DNA of 63,869 nt, the filler included, from Deltaproteobacteria bacterium (GTDB lineage: Bacteria > JACQOV01), in assembly GCA_016202395.1 (NCBI GenBank). It is 8 parts of 8 records of this genome, joined end to end, with 100 filler letters (N's around TTAATTAATTAA, not from the genome) between each part and the next. Parts side by side here need not be neighbours in the genome. Positions count along the whole stretch, not along the records: positions 17,167 to 26,370 come from JACQOV010000028.1; positions 26,471 to 46,419 come from JACQOV010000027.1; 6 more parts are not named here. One strand, written 5' to 3'. Of the stretch, positions 26,112 to 35,738 are shown one piece after another (the first letter of the stretch is position 1; every line of letters starts with the position of its first letter). A program made the position numbers and the translations under genes. Under the pieces are notes generated by a model. That model did no database searches, was not told where the DNA came from, and saw only the letters and a program-made list of their open reading frames with translations.

Positions 26112-26689
26112 ATTTGGCAAATCTTGCGAAATATAAAAAAGTCTCTATTAATTCATGGACTTATGATTTTTAACTGAAACGCTAACCTCTTCTAATTGCC
26201 TAAATAGTGGGCAGCTCTGCTCAATAAATAAGCTGAGGAGATGATTTATATCAGGGCACCTCTAAAAACTATGTTCGTGACGAAAAATCATGATCTGAGC
26301 CGAGACAAGGAGGATGAGCAAAAAGCCCGGAAACGTACCTAGAAGGTACGTTGAGGACTTTTTGTGAAATNNNNNNNNNNNNNNNNNNNNNNNNNNNNNN
26401 NNNNNNNNNNNNNNTTAATTAATTAANNNNNNNNNNNNNNNNNNNNNNNNNNNNNNNNNNNNNNNNNNNNGTTTGGCTTTGCTAACTGTCCCCACAGGGG
26501 TCGCTCTAGCAAATACGACCCACCTGGGGACAGGTAGCTTCGCAACCTGTCCCCAGGTTCGCCAAGAGGGGTACCCCAAAAATCTTGCAACGTTCGCTCA
26601 ACAAAAACATTCCCGTGAACTTTTCCTACCGATCTGATTCTAACTCTGTTGCTTGACACGCAGTTTTGAAAACAATAGCCTCGGGAGGA

Positions 26690-28996
26690 ATGAAAGAGAA
26701 GATCGTCCGCTTCATCCTCCAAGGCCGCTTTCTTTGGCTCGGCCTAACCCTTTTGCTCTTAGGATTTGGAGGGTGGCGGGCTTCGCAGATTTCTTTCAAT
26801 CTTACCCTCACCGCCTTAAAGATTGCTAATGATCCTGAGGCCGATTTTACCGACCAGTTCAATCAAAAGTTTGGACAGCTTTTCAGCCAGTTCGTTGTTG
26901 CAGCCATCGAGTCTCCCCAGGGGCTCACCTCTGATCTTCTTCAACGTGTAGACAGAATAACTCGAGCCTCTCAGGAGATTTCTGGGGTCTCTGCAGTGAC
27001 CAGCCTCACCAATGTGAATGACATCTTCCCCGATGCGGAAGGGTTTGCCATCCGCCCCTTAATCGAATCTGTCCCCGAGAAATCAGAGGAGATCCAGGCT
27101 CTTGAGGAACGGGTGCTCCACAACCCTTTAATGGTCCATCGGCTTCTCTCTCCCGATGGGAATTACATCGCTATTTATCTGGATTTGGATAGAGGATTGC
27201 AGAGAGAGAAAGAACGCCGATTTGCGGTAGAGCGTTTCGAAGAGATCCTTGAGGAAGAACTGGAGTCCCGCTATCCATTCACACTGGCAGGGGTTCCTTA
27301 CGTGGAATCTCAATACTCCAAGTTAATTATGCAAGGATTAAGGGATTCGACCCTCCTTCAGGTCCTTATTGCTTTTATTGCTCTTTTTATATTTTTCCGT
27401 AGTTTCGCCCTCGCTCTTATTCCCCTGATCATTTCGGGGGTGAGCATCCTTTTGACCCTGGCCGTGATGGAGTTGCTGGGCTATTCGATCACGATTGTGA
27501 GCAGCGCCGTTCCTCCGGTGGTGATGGTGATCTCGATTGCGGAGAGCACTTACTACATTGCCCGTTATTTGGAGGAGCGCGGGAGAGGATTGGGTAAGAG
27601 TGAGGCTCTTTTTGAAGGGTTAAACGGAGTTTTGGTCGCGAGCCTTGCAACGAGCCTCACAACGGTGGTCGGATTTTTGTCCCTGATCAGCGCGAAGTTA
27701 GAGATGGTCCGGGACTTTGGAATCGATCTGGGGATTGGGATCACCCTCAGTTTTCTAGTCACACTTTTTTTAGTCCCTTCAATCCTTTCTTTTATTCCGA
27801 TATCGAAATCTGTTCTTCGACAACAAGAACCGAGTAGTTTTATCCTTCGGCTGCTGGCGCGGATTGCCCATTGGAACGAGCATCACACGAAGACCATTTT
27901 TGGGGTGACATTGTCCTTATTCATCGTTGCTCTTATGGGGGCTCCTCAATTGGAGTTGGAGCAAAAATTAACCGAGGAGGTCGGAGCCAATCATCCCGTT
28001 CGACAAGGGCAAAAGGTTGCGGAGGATCACCTCACGGGATTCCTAGGGGCTTACATGAGCCTGAAGTCTTCGGAGCCTGGAGCTTGGGAGGATCCTGCTG
28101 TGCTTCGAAAAATCAAGCAGATCCAAGAGAAGGCGATGGAAGATCCAAGTGTTATCAAAGCTTGGTCTGTGGTCGATTACATCGAGCAGATGAATTGGGC
28201 TTTCTTTGAAGGGAAGCCGGAGGCTTGGAAAATTCCAGAGAGCGTGCGTCCCATAGCGCTTTACTACATTTTAATGGAATCTTCTGATCTCTCGATTGGA
28301 GCCAAGGATCTTCTCGATTCGGACCACCAATGGGGGGCGATTGTGTTGACCACTCGCGATGATGGCTCCGAGCCCTTTCTGCAGCTCATCGAAGAGTTAA
28401 AAAAATATGCCTCCGATCTTTTGGGGCCGAGTTTTGAGGTTCGATTCGCGGGAGATGGCGTTCTAGCGAATCGCGGCAATATCCGATTGATTAAAGACAT
28501 GATTGCCAGTTTTTTAAGCTCCTTCGTGATGGTCTTTTTTGTGATGGCGCTGATTTTTCGATCGCTTCGATTGACCCTTCTGAGCATCCCTCCTAATATC
28601 CTTCCGATGCTTTTGATCATCGGTTTCATGGGCTATGTCGGGATCTCTCTCCGAATTGGAACGGCCATCATCCTCCCCGTTGCGTTGGGGATCGCGGTCA
28701 ACGACACGATCCATTACTTCATGCGATACCGCGAGGAGCTGCGTGGAAAAGATGGGAAGGACAAAAGAGAGGCTGTGGCCGCCATGCGCCGAGGTCTTTT
28801 AGGAACGGGGAGCGGGATGCTTGTCTCTTCTGTCGTGTTATGCCTTGGCTTTCTCTCCTTGCTAACGACAGAATTTGTGGCTCTTCAGCATATGGGGATC
28901 GCCGCCAGTTTAACCCTCTTTGTGGCTCTGTTAGCCGATCTTTTTTTAGGCTCCGCTCTTCTGGTCCGGTTTTTCACCTGTGAAAAGAAAAAATGA
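26690..28996 (+). CDS. MMPL/RND family transporter
   Basis: Two membrane repeats; TSLTTVVGFLSL and GIAVNDTIH; SD GGAGG before ATG 26690. Confidence 0.9.
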   Translation: MKEKIVRFILQGRFLWLGLTLLLLGFGGWRASQISFNLTLTALKIANDPEADFTDQFNQKFGQLFSQFVVAAIESPQGLTSDLLQRVDRITRASQEISGVSAVTSLTNVNDIFPDAEGFAIRPLIESVPEKSEEIQALEERVLHNPLMVHRLLSPDGNYIAIYLDLDRGLQREKERRFAVERFEEILEEELESRYPFTLAGVPYVESQYSKLIMQGLRDSTLLQVLIAFIALFIFFRSFALALIPLIISGVSILLTLAVMELLGYSITIVSSAVPPVVMVISIAESTYYIARYLEERGRGLGKSEALFEGLNGVLVASLATSLTTVVGFLSLISAKLEMVRDFGIDLGIGITLSFLVTLFLVPSILSFIPISKSVLRQQEPSSFILRLLARIAHWNEHHTKTIFGVTLSLFIVALMGAPQLELEQKLTEEVGANHPVRQGQKVAEDHLTGFLGAYMSLKSSEPGAWEDPAVLRKIKQIQEKAMEDPSVIKAWSVVDYIEQMNWAFFEGKPEAWKIPESVRPIALYYILMESSDLSIGAKDLLDSDHQWGAIVLTTRDDGSEPFLQLIEELKKYASDLLGPSFEVRFAGDGVLANRGNIRLIKDMIASFLSSFVMVFFVMALIFRSLRLTLLSIPPNILPMLLIIGFMGYVGISLRIGTAIILPVALGIAVNDTIHYFMRYREELRGKDGKDKREAVAAMRRGLLGTGSGMLVSSVVLCLGFLSLLTTEFVALQHMGIAASLTLFVALLADLFLGSALLVRFFTCEKKK

Positions 28997-29008
28997 TGCG
29001 AAAAAGAA

Positions 29009-29041
29009 AAGCCCCGTTAAAGAGAAGCTCTAACGGGGCTT
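29009..29041 (-). terminator. Rho-independent terminator between convergent genes
   Basis: AAGCCCCGTTA..TAACGGGGCTT stem followed by a T-run on the minus strand. Confidence 0.75.
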
Positions 29042-29060
29042 ATTCCCTGATCCGTCTTTC

Positions 29061-30989
29061 TTATTCGTCCAGAATGATGATCGCTTCCACAATACCGGTC
29101 AAGCCGGTGTCAAAGTTGGTCTCTCCCGTCTCAATATCGACGGCTCCGAACACGTAGCTGTTATCCGAGAATCGCAATCCGTTAACCGTCAGCTCTTCGT
29201 CGGAGGAACTCGGACCCACTTCATACATCTCAATCCCTTCGACCAGGTCGGTTGCGGTTGGATTTCCGTCTTCATCGAACGTAACCTTCTTTAGGACGTA
29301 GGTTCCGTTATCGACATAGCTATAGTAGATATTATCATTGACAACCCAGCCGTTGACGACCGTTTCATTTGTTGCGGAGATCACATCGAGCGATTCATCC
29401 TCAACGCAAGCCAGAGCGGAGTAGCTGTTGGACCAATCTCCTGTGTCTTGGCACCAGTTGTGGTTCAGATCCCAACCGGTTGGCATGCTGGTTCCGAGGG
29501 TGCAGGCAGAGGTCGTCACATCATTGTAACATTCATTTGTGCTCACCCAGGTGTTTCCTGTTGTCGCTGTGCAAGCGCTTTGGGTGATGTCCCCCGTAAC
29601 CACGCCCGAGGAGTTTTCACAGTTGCTCCCCGAACTGACACAGATGTTGCATCTCCACTCTCCGGCAACCTTTTTCTCAACATCGGCGATAACGCAGACC
29701 TCCTCAGCGTCATTGACCGTTGGAAGTAGTATCTTGTCAGGGGAGTTCCCTCCTTGAAGGGTGTAGAATTCTTGCGCGCACCGCTCGTTTTCCGTATCGT
29801 TAGCGGCCGTGGTTTCGTCCGGACCAAAGGTCACGTACTCCCACCAGTTATTCGTACAACTCACGATGGGGTCGTAAGCCGCATCATCACCCGCCAGATC
29901 GGGATCAAAGTCGAAGAGACAAGCGCTGTCCCAAGAGGGGGCTCCATCGATCGTAGGATCTGGGCCATAAAAGAGGACATGTCCGTTGGCGCGGGGCTCG
30001 AAGACATAATCCCACCAGTCCCGAGTGATTTCAACCAGGCTGCCGCCAGAGGTGACCATCCGGAAGAAGCTATCCCCATTACAAGAGCCGCTCGTCGAGG
30101 TTTGTCCTGTATAGAGCACCGCTCCATCATCCGTGACAAGATATTCCCAAGAACAGATATTGGAATTGATCGCCTCCGATTGATCGTTGGTGTCGGCCCC
30201 ATATTCGTGTTTGAGAAGAACGTTCTTCCAATTCCCAGGGACGTGGGCCCAAAAATAAACGTCTCCAGCATCGTCCCCTTGGATCTGCCCGGAGCGATAA
30301 TCCCAAGTGTTGATCTCAAGCTCGTTGTTGACGCACTCCAGATTCGATTGCTTCACCCGATCGCTCGAATCGTACTCATCGTACGGTTTGTCGACCTTAA
30401 AGATCTGACAGGTGAAAGGAGAGGCGCAAGACCAAGGATCGTCATATTCATCGATGGTGGTGCCGTCATCGGAGGTTTCACGGTAGATGAGGCATTGGCT
30501 GAAAGCGAGAAAGACATCTTTTTTGGAGCTGACAAAGATGTAAGAGATCTGAGGGAGATCATCAAGGATGTCAGGATCCAGGCCGGATTCTTCATCGGTA
30601 GCGCTTTGTCCTCCAAACGATTCACCGTCGTCAGCGGTGTTTTCGTACCACGCGCGGAGTAAGTTAACGAATCTGCCGCCGCTGATTTCACCCATAACGG
30701 GAGAGATGTCAGTCCGACTCGATGCGGCCCCCTCTTTCGTTAGCGCTCCTTCGTGTTGGAGCGCCCTGCTGGTTTCATCGCCGCTATCGTATTGGAAAAG
30801 GGAGAGGGCCTCCGTGTCTAAATGAAGCTCTAACGCCTGGCTCCCTCCACAATCAAAGCAGGTGTCGAAATCCTCGTTGGGGCCTTCGCCCCCACCCTCA
30901 TCCCCACCCCCCTCGTCAAAAATACCGCAACCGGTGAAGGCTAGAGTTAATGTGCTCAAAATGGCTATTAAAAGTTTTAAAAATTTCAT
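29061..30989 (-). CDS. Large acidic, Cys-rich lipoprotein of unknown function
   Basis: Lipobox FTG|C; SD AGGAGG; no recognisable family. Confidence 0.75.
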   Translation of the reverse strand: MKFLKLLIAILSTLTLAFTGCGIFDEGGGDEGGGEGPNEDFDTCFDCGGSQALELHLDTEALSLFQYDSGDETSRALQHEGALTKEGAASSRTDISPVMGEISGGRFVNLLRAWYENTADDGESFGGQSATDEESGLDPDILDDLPQISYIFVSSKKDVFLAFSQCLIYRETSDDGTTIDEYDDPWSCASPFTCQIFKVDKPYDEYDSSDRVKQSNLECVNNELEINTWDYRSGQIQGDDAGDVYFWAHVPGNWKNVLLKHEYGADTNDQSEAINSNICSWEYLVTDDGAVLYTGQTSTSGSCNGDSFFRMVTSGGSLVEITRDWWDYVFEPRANGHVLFYGPDPTIDGAPSWDSACLFDFDPDLAGDDAAYDPIVSCTNNWWEYVTFGPDETTAANDTENERCAQEFYTLQGGNSPDKILLPTVNDAEEVCVIADVEKKVAGEWRCNICVSSGSNCENSSGVVTGDITQSACTATTGNTWVSTNECYNDVTTSACTLGTSMPTGWDLNHNWCQDTGDWSNSYSALACVEDESLDVISATNETVVNGWVVNDNIYYSYVDNGTYVLKKVTFDEDGNPTATDLVEGIEMYEVGPSSSDEELTVNGLRFSDNSYVFGAVDIETGETNFDTGLTGIVEAIIILDE

Positions 30990-31030
30990 CAGAGTTCCTC
31001 CTTATAATTTAGACTTATGGCTTAGGGATA

Positions 31031-31046
31031 TGCAATTTCCGTGCCC
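31031..31046 (-). promoter_or_regulatory. sigma54-type promoter of the lipoprotein gene
   Basis: GGGCACGGAAATTGCA with an AT-rich IHF-like tract upstream. Confidence 0.65.
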
Positions 31047-31206
31047 AATGCGGCTTTTTATCTATTTGATATTAAAAAGGAATTTTAGGAGCTTTTTTGG
31101 AAATCCGCGGATTTTGTGTCAAAAGTGGCAAAATTAGGAACTTTTTGCGCACATTGCATTTGCTCAGAGGGTGTTATATAAAAAATGCCATGGAGGGGGT
31201 ATTGTT

Positions 31207-31509
31207 ATGGCATTTGTTAAAGTGGCTACGATAGAAGAACTGGAAGAGGGGATTGGCAAGTTAGTGGAAACGGAGTCCAAGCGGCTCGCCCTTTTTAAGG
31301 TCGATGGAAAGTTTTACGCAACGGACGAAGTATGTCCTCACCGAGGAGGGCCTCTTTCAGAAGGGGACATCGAGGAGTGCGAGGTGGTTTGTCCTTGGCA
31401 TGGATGGCGTTTCAATCTAGAGACAGGCGTCTCGCCGGTCAATCCTAACGTTAAGATCCAGATCTACACGGTCAAAGTGGAAGGATCCGATATCTTGATA
31501 GAGGTGTAA
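31207..31509 (+). CDS. Rieske [2Fe-2S] ferredoxin
   Basis: CPHRGGPL and CPWHGW. Confidence 0.92.
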   Translation: MAFVKVATIEELEEGIGKLVETESKRLALFKVDGKFYATDEVCPHRGGPLSEGDIEECEVVCPWHGWRFNLETGVSPVNPNVKIQIYTVKVEGSDILIEV

Positions 31510-31510
31510 T

Positions 31511-32275
31511 ATGAAAATATCTCACACTCTGAATATTATGAGTTCAACCGTCGCTTCGACCGTATGTCTCTGGCGTGGGACACAGACGCATCCCGCTCGC
31601 ACACGACCTGAAAAGATTTTGGAGCTCTACGACATGGAGGGCTGCCCCTTCTGCCGATTGGTGCGCGAGGTAATTAGCGAATTGGATTTGGAGGTGATGA
31701 TTTATCCCTGCCCCAAAGGGGGGTCCCGTTTTCGTCGTGAAGTGGAAAAGAGGGGAGGGAGGCAGCAGTTCCCTTATTTAGTGGATCCCAATACCGGGAC
31801 CGAAATGTATGAATCTCGTGACATCATCGATTATTTATTTAAAACTTACGGCCAGCGTTCTGTTCCGCCAAAATGGAAGGCTCGTCCGATCAGTTTGGCA
31901 AGTTCGATAGTGGGGAGTGTGCTCAGGGGAGGACGTGGCGTAAGACTTAAAAAAGCATCTCAAGTGGAAAAGCCGTTGGAGCTCTATAGCTTTGAGTCAA
32001 GCCCTTATGCGCGGCCTGTTCGAGAAAAGCTTTGCGAACTCGAGATCCCTTATCTTTTGCACAATGTGGGGAAAGTACAGCTGGCGGACTATATTCTTCC
32101 TAATATTCGGAAGAGATATTTCCCTCAAATTCCGGTTAAAGGCGAGATGCGAACGAAACTTCAGGAACGGGGCGGCCGTTTGATGATCCCTTACCTGGTC
32201 GATCCAAACACAGGAAAGTCGTTCTATGAATCTGCCGATATTTTGGACTATTTAACCGTGACCTATTGTCATTAA
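31511..32275 (+). CDS. Tandem GST-N/glutaredoxin-like domain protein
   Basis: CPFC and SPYA active-site positions; PYLVDPNTG..YES.DI..YL occurs twice. Confidence 0.88.
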   Translation: MKISHTLNIMSSTVASTVCLWRGTQTHPARTRPEKILELYDMEGCPFCRLVREVISELDLEVMIYPCPKGGSRFRREVEKRGGRQQFPYLVDPNTGTEMYESRDIIDYLFKTYGQRSVPPKWKARPISLASSIVGSVLRGGRGVRLKKASQVEKPLELYSFESSPYARPVREKLCELEIPYLLHNVGKVQLADYILPNIRKRYFPQIPVKGEMRTKLQERGGRLMIPYLVDPNTGKSFYESADILDYLTVTYCH

Positions 32276-32330
32276 TTAAATGATCGAGGTTTTTGATATT
32301 AACGCTCATAAATATTAGAGGCTATCTATA

Positions 32331-32588
32331 ATGAAGAGAGGATATAAAAAAGCAACAATAAGAATTGATGTTTCTGTGGGAGAGTCTGTTCGAATCATTC
32401 GAGAATTGCAGGGATTGTCCCAAGAAGAACTTTCTGAGCGAACTGGAATTCCCCAAGCGACTATTTCAGCTATTGAGAATGAACGAATTAACTTAGGTGT
32501 AGAACGAGCAAAAACTTTGGCGCGAGCTTTAAAATGCCATCCTGCTGTCCTTCTTTTCCCAGGTTGGGAATTAAAAGCTGCAGCGTAG
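32331..32588 (+). CDS. XRE-family HTH regulator (orphan antitoxin-like)
   Basis: RELQGLSQEEL...GI.Q.TIS.IEN. Confidence 0.85.
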   Translation: MKRGYKKATIRIDVSVGESVRIIRELQGLSQEELSERTGIPQATISAIENERINLGVERAKTLARALKCHPAVLLFPGWELKAAA

Positions 32589-32709
32589 GTCCATTAAGAT
32601 CTGAACACGAATGGGGTCCAGTCGTTTGTTGACTAGTACTTAGGAATCCGACAACCGTTCAACACGCGACTTGACCCCGTAGCTCGAAGTTGCAGAAGAT
32701 GAGGCGTCG

Positions 32710-33342
32710 GTGAAGAAACTTATTCAAGGGATTATTGATTTTCGAAAACATCGACTTGCCGAGTATCGGGAGAAATTCTCGAAGCTCGCTTTAGGGCAAT
32801 CCCCGGATGCTCTTTTCATTACGTGTTCGGATTCTCGCGTGGTTCCGAACCTCTTTGCTTCCACCGATCCCGGCGATTTGTTCGTGATTCGCAATGTCGG
32901 CAATTTCATCCCTCCTTGCAATTCGGACGGACACTCCGAAGGGGACCGATCCGAATGGGCTGCCATCGAGTTCTCAATCCTTCAACTCCATGTTTCCGAC
33001 ATGATCGTATGCGGTCATTCCGAATGTGGGGCGATTCAAGCGATTCTCCAAGGGCTCCAAAAAGTCTCTGGAAGTCACCTCCAATCTTGGCTTCAGTACG
33101 GGGAAAACGCCCCCTCTATGTTAACAGGCATTGAATTTTCTAGTGAGCCTCTCGCCCAGCATAACAAAATCTCCCAAGCCAACGTTCTTCTTCAGCTCGA
33201 ACATCTCAAAACCTATCCTCTGATCCAGAAAAGAATCCAAATGGGGCGCCTGCATCTCCATGGCTGGTGGTTCGATATCGGCTCAGGGGATGTCTATTCC
33301 TTTAATAAATCCACCCAACGCTTCAATCTGATTGCTGAATAA
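32710..33342 (+). CDS. Beta-class carbonic anhydrase
   Basis: CSDSR, RNVGN, CGHSECG. Confidence 0.95.
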   Translation: MKKLIQGIIDFRKHRLAEYREKFSKLALGQSPDALFITCSDSRVVPNLFASTDPGDLFVIRNVGNFIPPCNSDGHSEGDRSEWAAIEFSILQLHVSDMIVCGHSECGAIQAILQGLQKVSGSHLQSWLQYGENAPSMLTGIEFSSEPLAQHNKISQANVLLQLEHLKTYPLIQKRIQMGRLHLHGWWFDIGSGDVYSFNKSTQRFNLIAE

Positions 33343-33475
33343 AACGAGCTCTGAAAGTTCTGAGGAAAGTTCTGAGGACACGATACTTCATTGAGAAAAC
33401 ATTTCGTAGATAAGTATCGTGTTCACGGAGGATGCTTGCTCCTCGTTTGCAAATTCAGTATCCTATGCCCCGAGT

Positions 33476-33582
33476 ATGAAAATATCTCACAGCTTGGATA
33501 TCGCGAATTCGATCCAAACACAGGAAAGTCGTTCTATGAATCTGCCGACATTTTGGACTATTTAACCGCAACCTATGCTTAG
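33476..33582 (+). pseudogene. Internally deleted remnant of a paralog of the GST-N gene (31511-32275)
   Basis: Starts ATGAAAATATCTCACA as at 31511; 33509-33576 matches 32199-32266 with 3 mismatches. Confidence 0.8.
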
Positions 33583-33586
33583 TAAT

Positions 33587-34813
33587 ATGATTCCTTTTTG
33601 GACTGTTTTTCCATTTGTTTTTTTACTTCTTTCGATCGCTCTTTTGCCGATTGTGGCGCCACATTTTTGGGAGTCCAATGGCAAGAAGGCCGTTGTTGCT
33701 ATTCTGCTCTCGATCCCGATATTTGTTTGGCTCCTCGCAAACGACCCTGAAGGTCTTCTGCATAGTGTGGAAGAGTACATTTCCTTCATTGTCCTTCTGG
33801 GATCGCTTTACACGATCTCTGGAGGAATCGCCTTATCGGGCGATCTTCAGGCCACTCCAAAGGTCAATACCCTCTTTTTGGCTTTGGGGGGGGTGTTGGC
33901 TAGCGTTATTGGAACAACCGGGGCTAGCATGGTTTTGATACGCCCTCTTTTAAGGACGAATTCCGAGAGGAAAAACACAAAACATCTGCCGATCTTCTTT
34001 ATTCTGATCGTGAGCAACTGCGGAGGGTTATTGACCCCTTTGGGAGATCCACCGCTGTTTCTTGGATATTTGCGTGGCGTTCCTTTTTTCTGGACCCTGA
34101 GGCTTTTCCCCTATTGGGCGCTTGTCGTTGGCGCTCTTCTATTCGCCTTCTATCTTTGGGATCAGCGAGCCTATCATTCCGAATCCAAAGAGGCGCTTAG
34201 GAAGGATCAGGCTGCTGTCGCGCCCCTCCGATTGGAGGGATCGAGAAATCTCTTATTTCTTGGAGGCGTGTTGTATGGCGTTTTTCTCCCCACCCCTTGG
34301 CGGGAGATCTTGATGATTCACATGGCAGCTCTCTCATTTTTTATGGGTTCCAAGACGGCCCGTCACCACAATCACTTCGCCTGGCACCCGATCATTGAGG
34401 TCGCGATCTTGTTCGCGGGGATTTTCATTACAATGGTTCCGACCCTGATGCTTCTGAAGGAGCGCGGACCGGAGTTTGGAATTACGCAGCCGTGGCATTT
34501 CTTTTGGCTGACGGGATCTCTTTCATCCTTCTTGGATAACGCTCCCACTTATGTGACGTTCCTCTCGCTGGCCCAAGGCTTGGGACTTCCGGGGGAGGTT
34601 GTTGGAGTGCCGACAAGGATATTGGAGGCCATCAGCATCGGCGCGGTCTTCATGGGAGCCAATTCCTATATCGGCAACGGACCCAATTTCATGGTCAAAG
34701 CGATCGCGGATCATAGTGGTTTTAAAATGCCCTCATTCTTTGGTTATATGGCCTACGTAGCCCTGATCCTTTTTCCCTTATATGGGGTGATCACCTTATT
34801 ACTTTTGCGTTAG
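33587..34813 (+). CDS. Sodium:proton antiporter / IT-superfamily permease
   Basis: GTTGASM, GG.LTPLGDPPL.LG, SSFLDNAPTY, YIGNGPNFMV. Confidence 0.88.
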   Translation: MIPFWTVFPFVFLLLSIALLPIVAPHFWESNGKKAVVAILLSIPIFVWLLANDPEGLLHSVEEYISFIVLLGSLYTISGGIALSGDLQATPKVNTLFLALGGVLASVIGTTGASMVLIRPLLRTNSERKNTKHLPIFFILIVSNCGGLLTPLGDPPLFLGYLRGVPFFWTLRLFPYWALVVGALLFAFYLWDQRAYHSESKEALRKDQAAVAPLRLEGSRNLLFLGGVLYGVFLPTPWREILMIHMAALSFFMGSKTARHHNHFAWHPIIEVAILFAGIFITMVPTLMLLKERGPEFGITQPWHFFWLTGSLSSFLDNAPTYVTFLSLAQGLGLPGEVVGVPTRILEAISIGAVFMGANSYIGNGPNFMVKAIADHSGFKMPSFFGYMAYVALILFPLYGVITLLLLR

Positions 34814-34841
34814 AGGCGCCCGTTAACAAAAAGGGAAGTTG

Positions 34842-35738
34842 CTATTTGAAGAAGCCGTTTTGATAGAAGTGACTGAGCAAGCGGTCTTTTTCTTGAAATC
34901 GTTCCATGAGCCACGAGGCGAGGGCATTTTCCTCGGTCGGGAGTTTATCGATTGAGAATCGTCGCACGTGAAGATGAACTTTATGAACGTAGCCTTGAGT
35001 CCATTGCCAAACGGTTGGAACTCCATCGACATAGCCGATGGTGAGGTCATAGATGGCGTCGATAGGATCGCGCAATGCTTGTACCGTAGCCACAAATCCT
35101 TTGGTTCGGGGGGTGAGCACGTGTTCCAACGGCCTGAGCCCATTCTTTTGAGCGTATTCTTGGCTCTGATGTAGTTTGGCAGGTTTCATTCTTGTTCCTT
35201 CCACAAAACTGATAATCCAAAATGGGATGTCGTGATCAATAATATTTTTGAAGACGCGATGAATCCGCTCGCGGTCGGCAAGCCAATTCCGTTTAATGAA
35301 GAGACAATCGAGAAAAAGCATCCCCCAGCCAATGCCCGGCACGTATTTTAGGATGTCTTTGACAAACCATTTGAGATCTCCGAGGCGTTCCTTACTTCGT
35401 GCCAATGAAAAAAGGACGGGAATATCGGCCATCTCTTGATGATTTAGAATAACGAGCGCATTTTCACGCATCGGAACGGAATCTCCTGTATACTTCGTCT
35501 GAATTCCGTAGATTTTCTCCGCTCCGATGGCGCACCATCCCCACCAGGTATTGGCAATGAATCGATTCAACCGGCGGAAAGCGGTTGGAGAAAAAGGCCT
35601 AAGGATTAAGCTCGCCATTTGCAATCCATTGAGGGCAATCAAAGTGGGGAACAAAAAACTAAACGCAATCGATCCCTTCATGAATCCCAGGATTCGCTCT
35701 ATTCGACTTTTTGGCTCCGGTAATGGATGGAGAGGCAT
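34842..35738 (-). CDS. Lysophospholipid acyltransferase (PlsC/YihG-like)
   Basis: NHQ...D, F.EGTR, PRTKG. Confidence 0.9.
   Translation of the reverse strand: MPLHPLPEPKSRIERILGFMKGSIAFSFLFPTLIALNGLQMASLILRPFSPTAFRRLNRFIANTWWGWCAIGAEKIYGIQTKYTGDSVPMRENALVILNHQEMADIPVLFSLARSKERLGDLKWFVKDILKYVPGIGWGMLFLDCLFIKRNWLADRERIHRVFKNIIDHDIPFWIISFVEGTRMKPAKLHQSQEYAQKNGLRPLEHVLTPRTKGFVATVQALRDPIDAIYDLTIGYVDGVPTVWQWTQGYVHKVHLHVRRFSIDKLPTEENALASWLMERFQEKDRLLSHFYQNGFFK

Noticed and set aside
29754-30662. Long antisense ORFs (e.g. 29754-30662, 14237-15013, 22162-22899, 52352-53086)
   Set aside because: Shadows of well-supported genes on the opposite strand, with no recognisable motifs.
32199-33576. 68-bp direct repeats as attL/attR of an integrated element
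   Set aside because: The 5' end of the gene is also duplicated and no recombinase is present, so a collapsed paralog explains it better.
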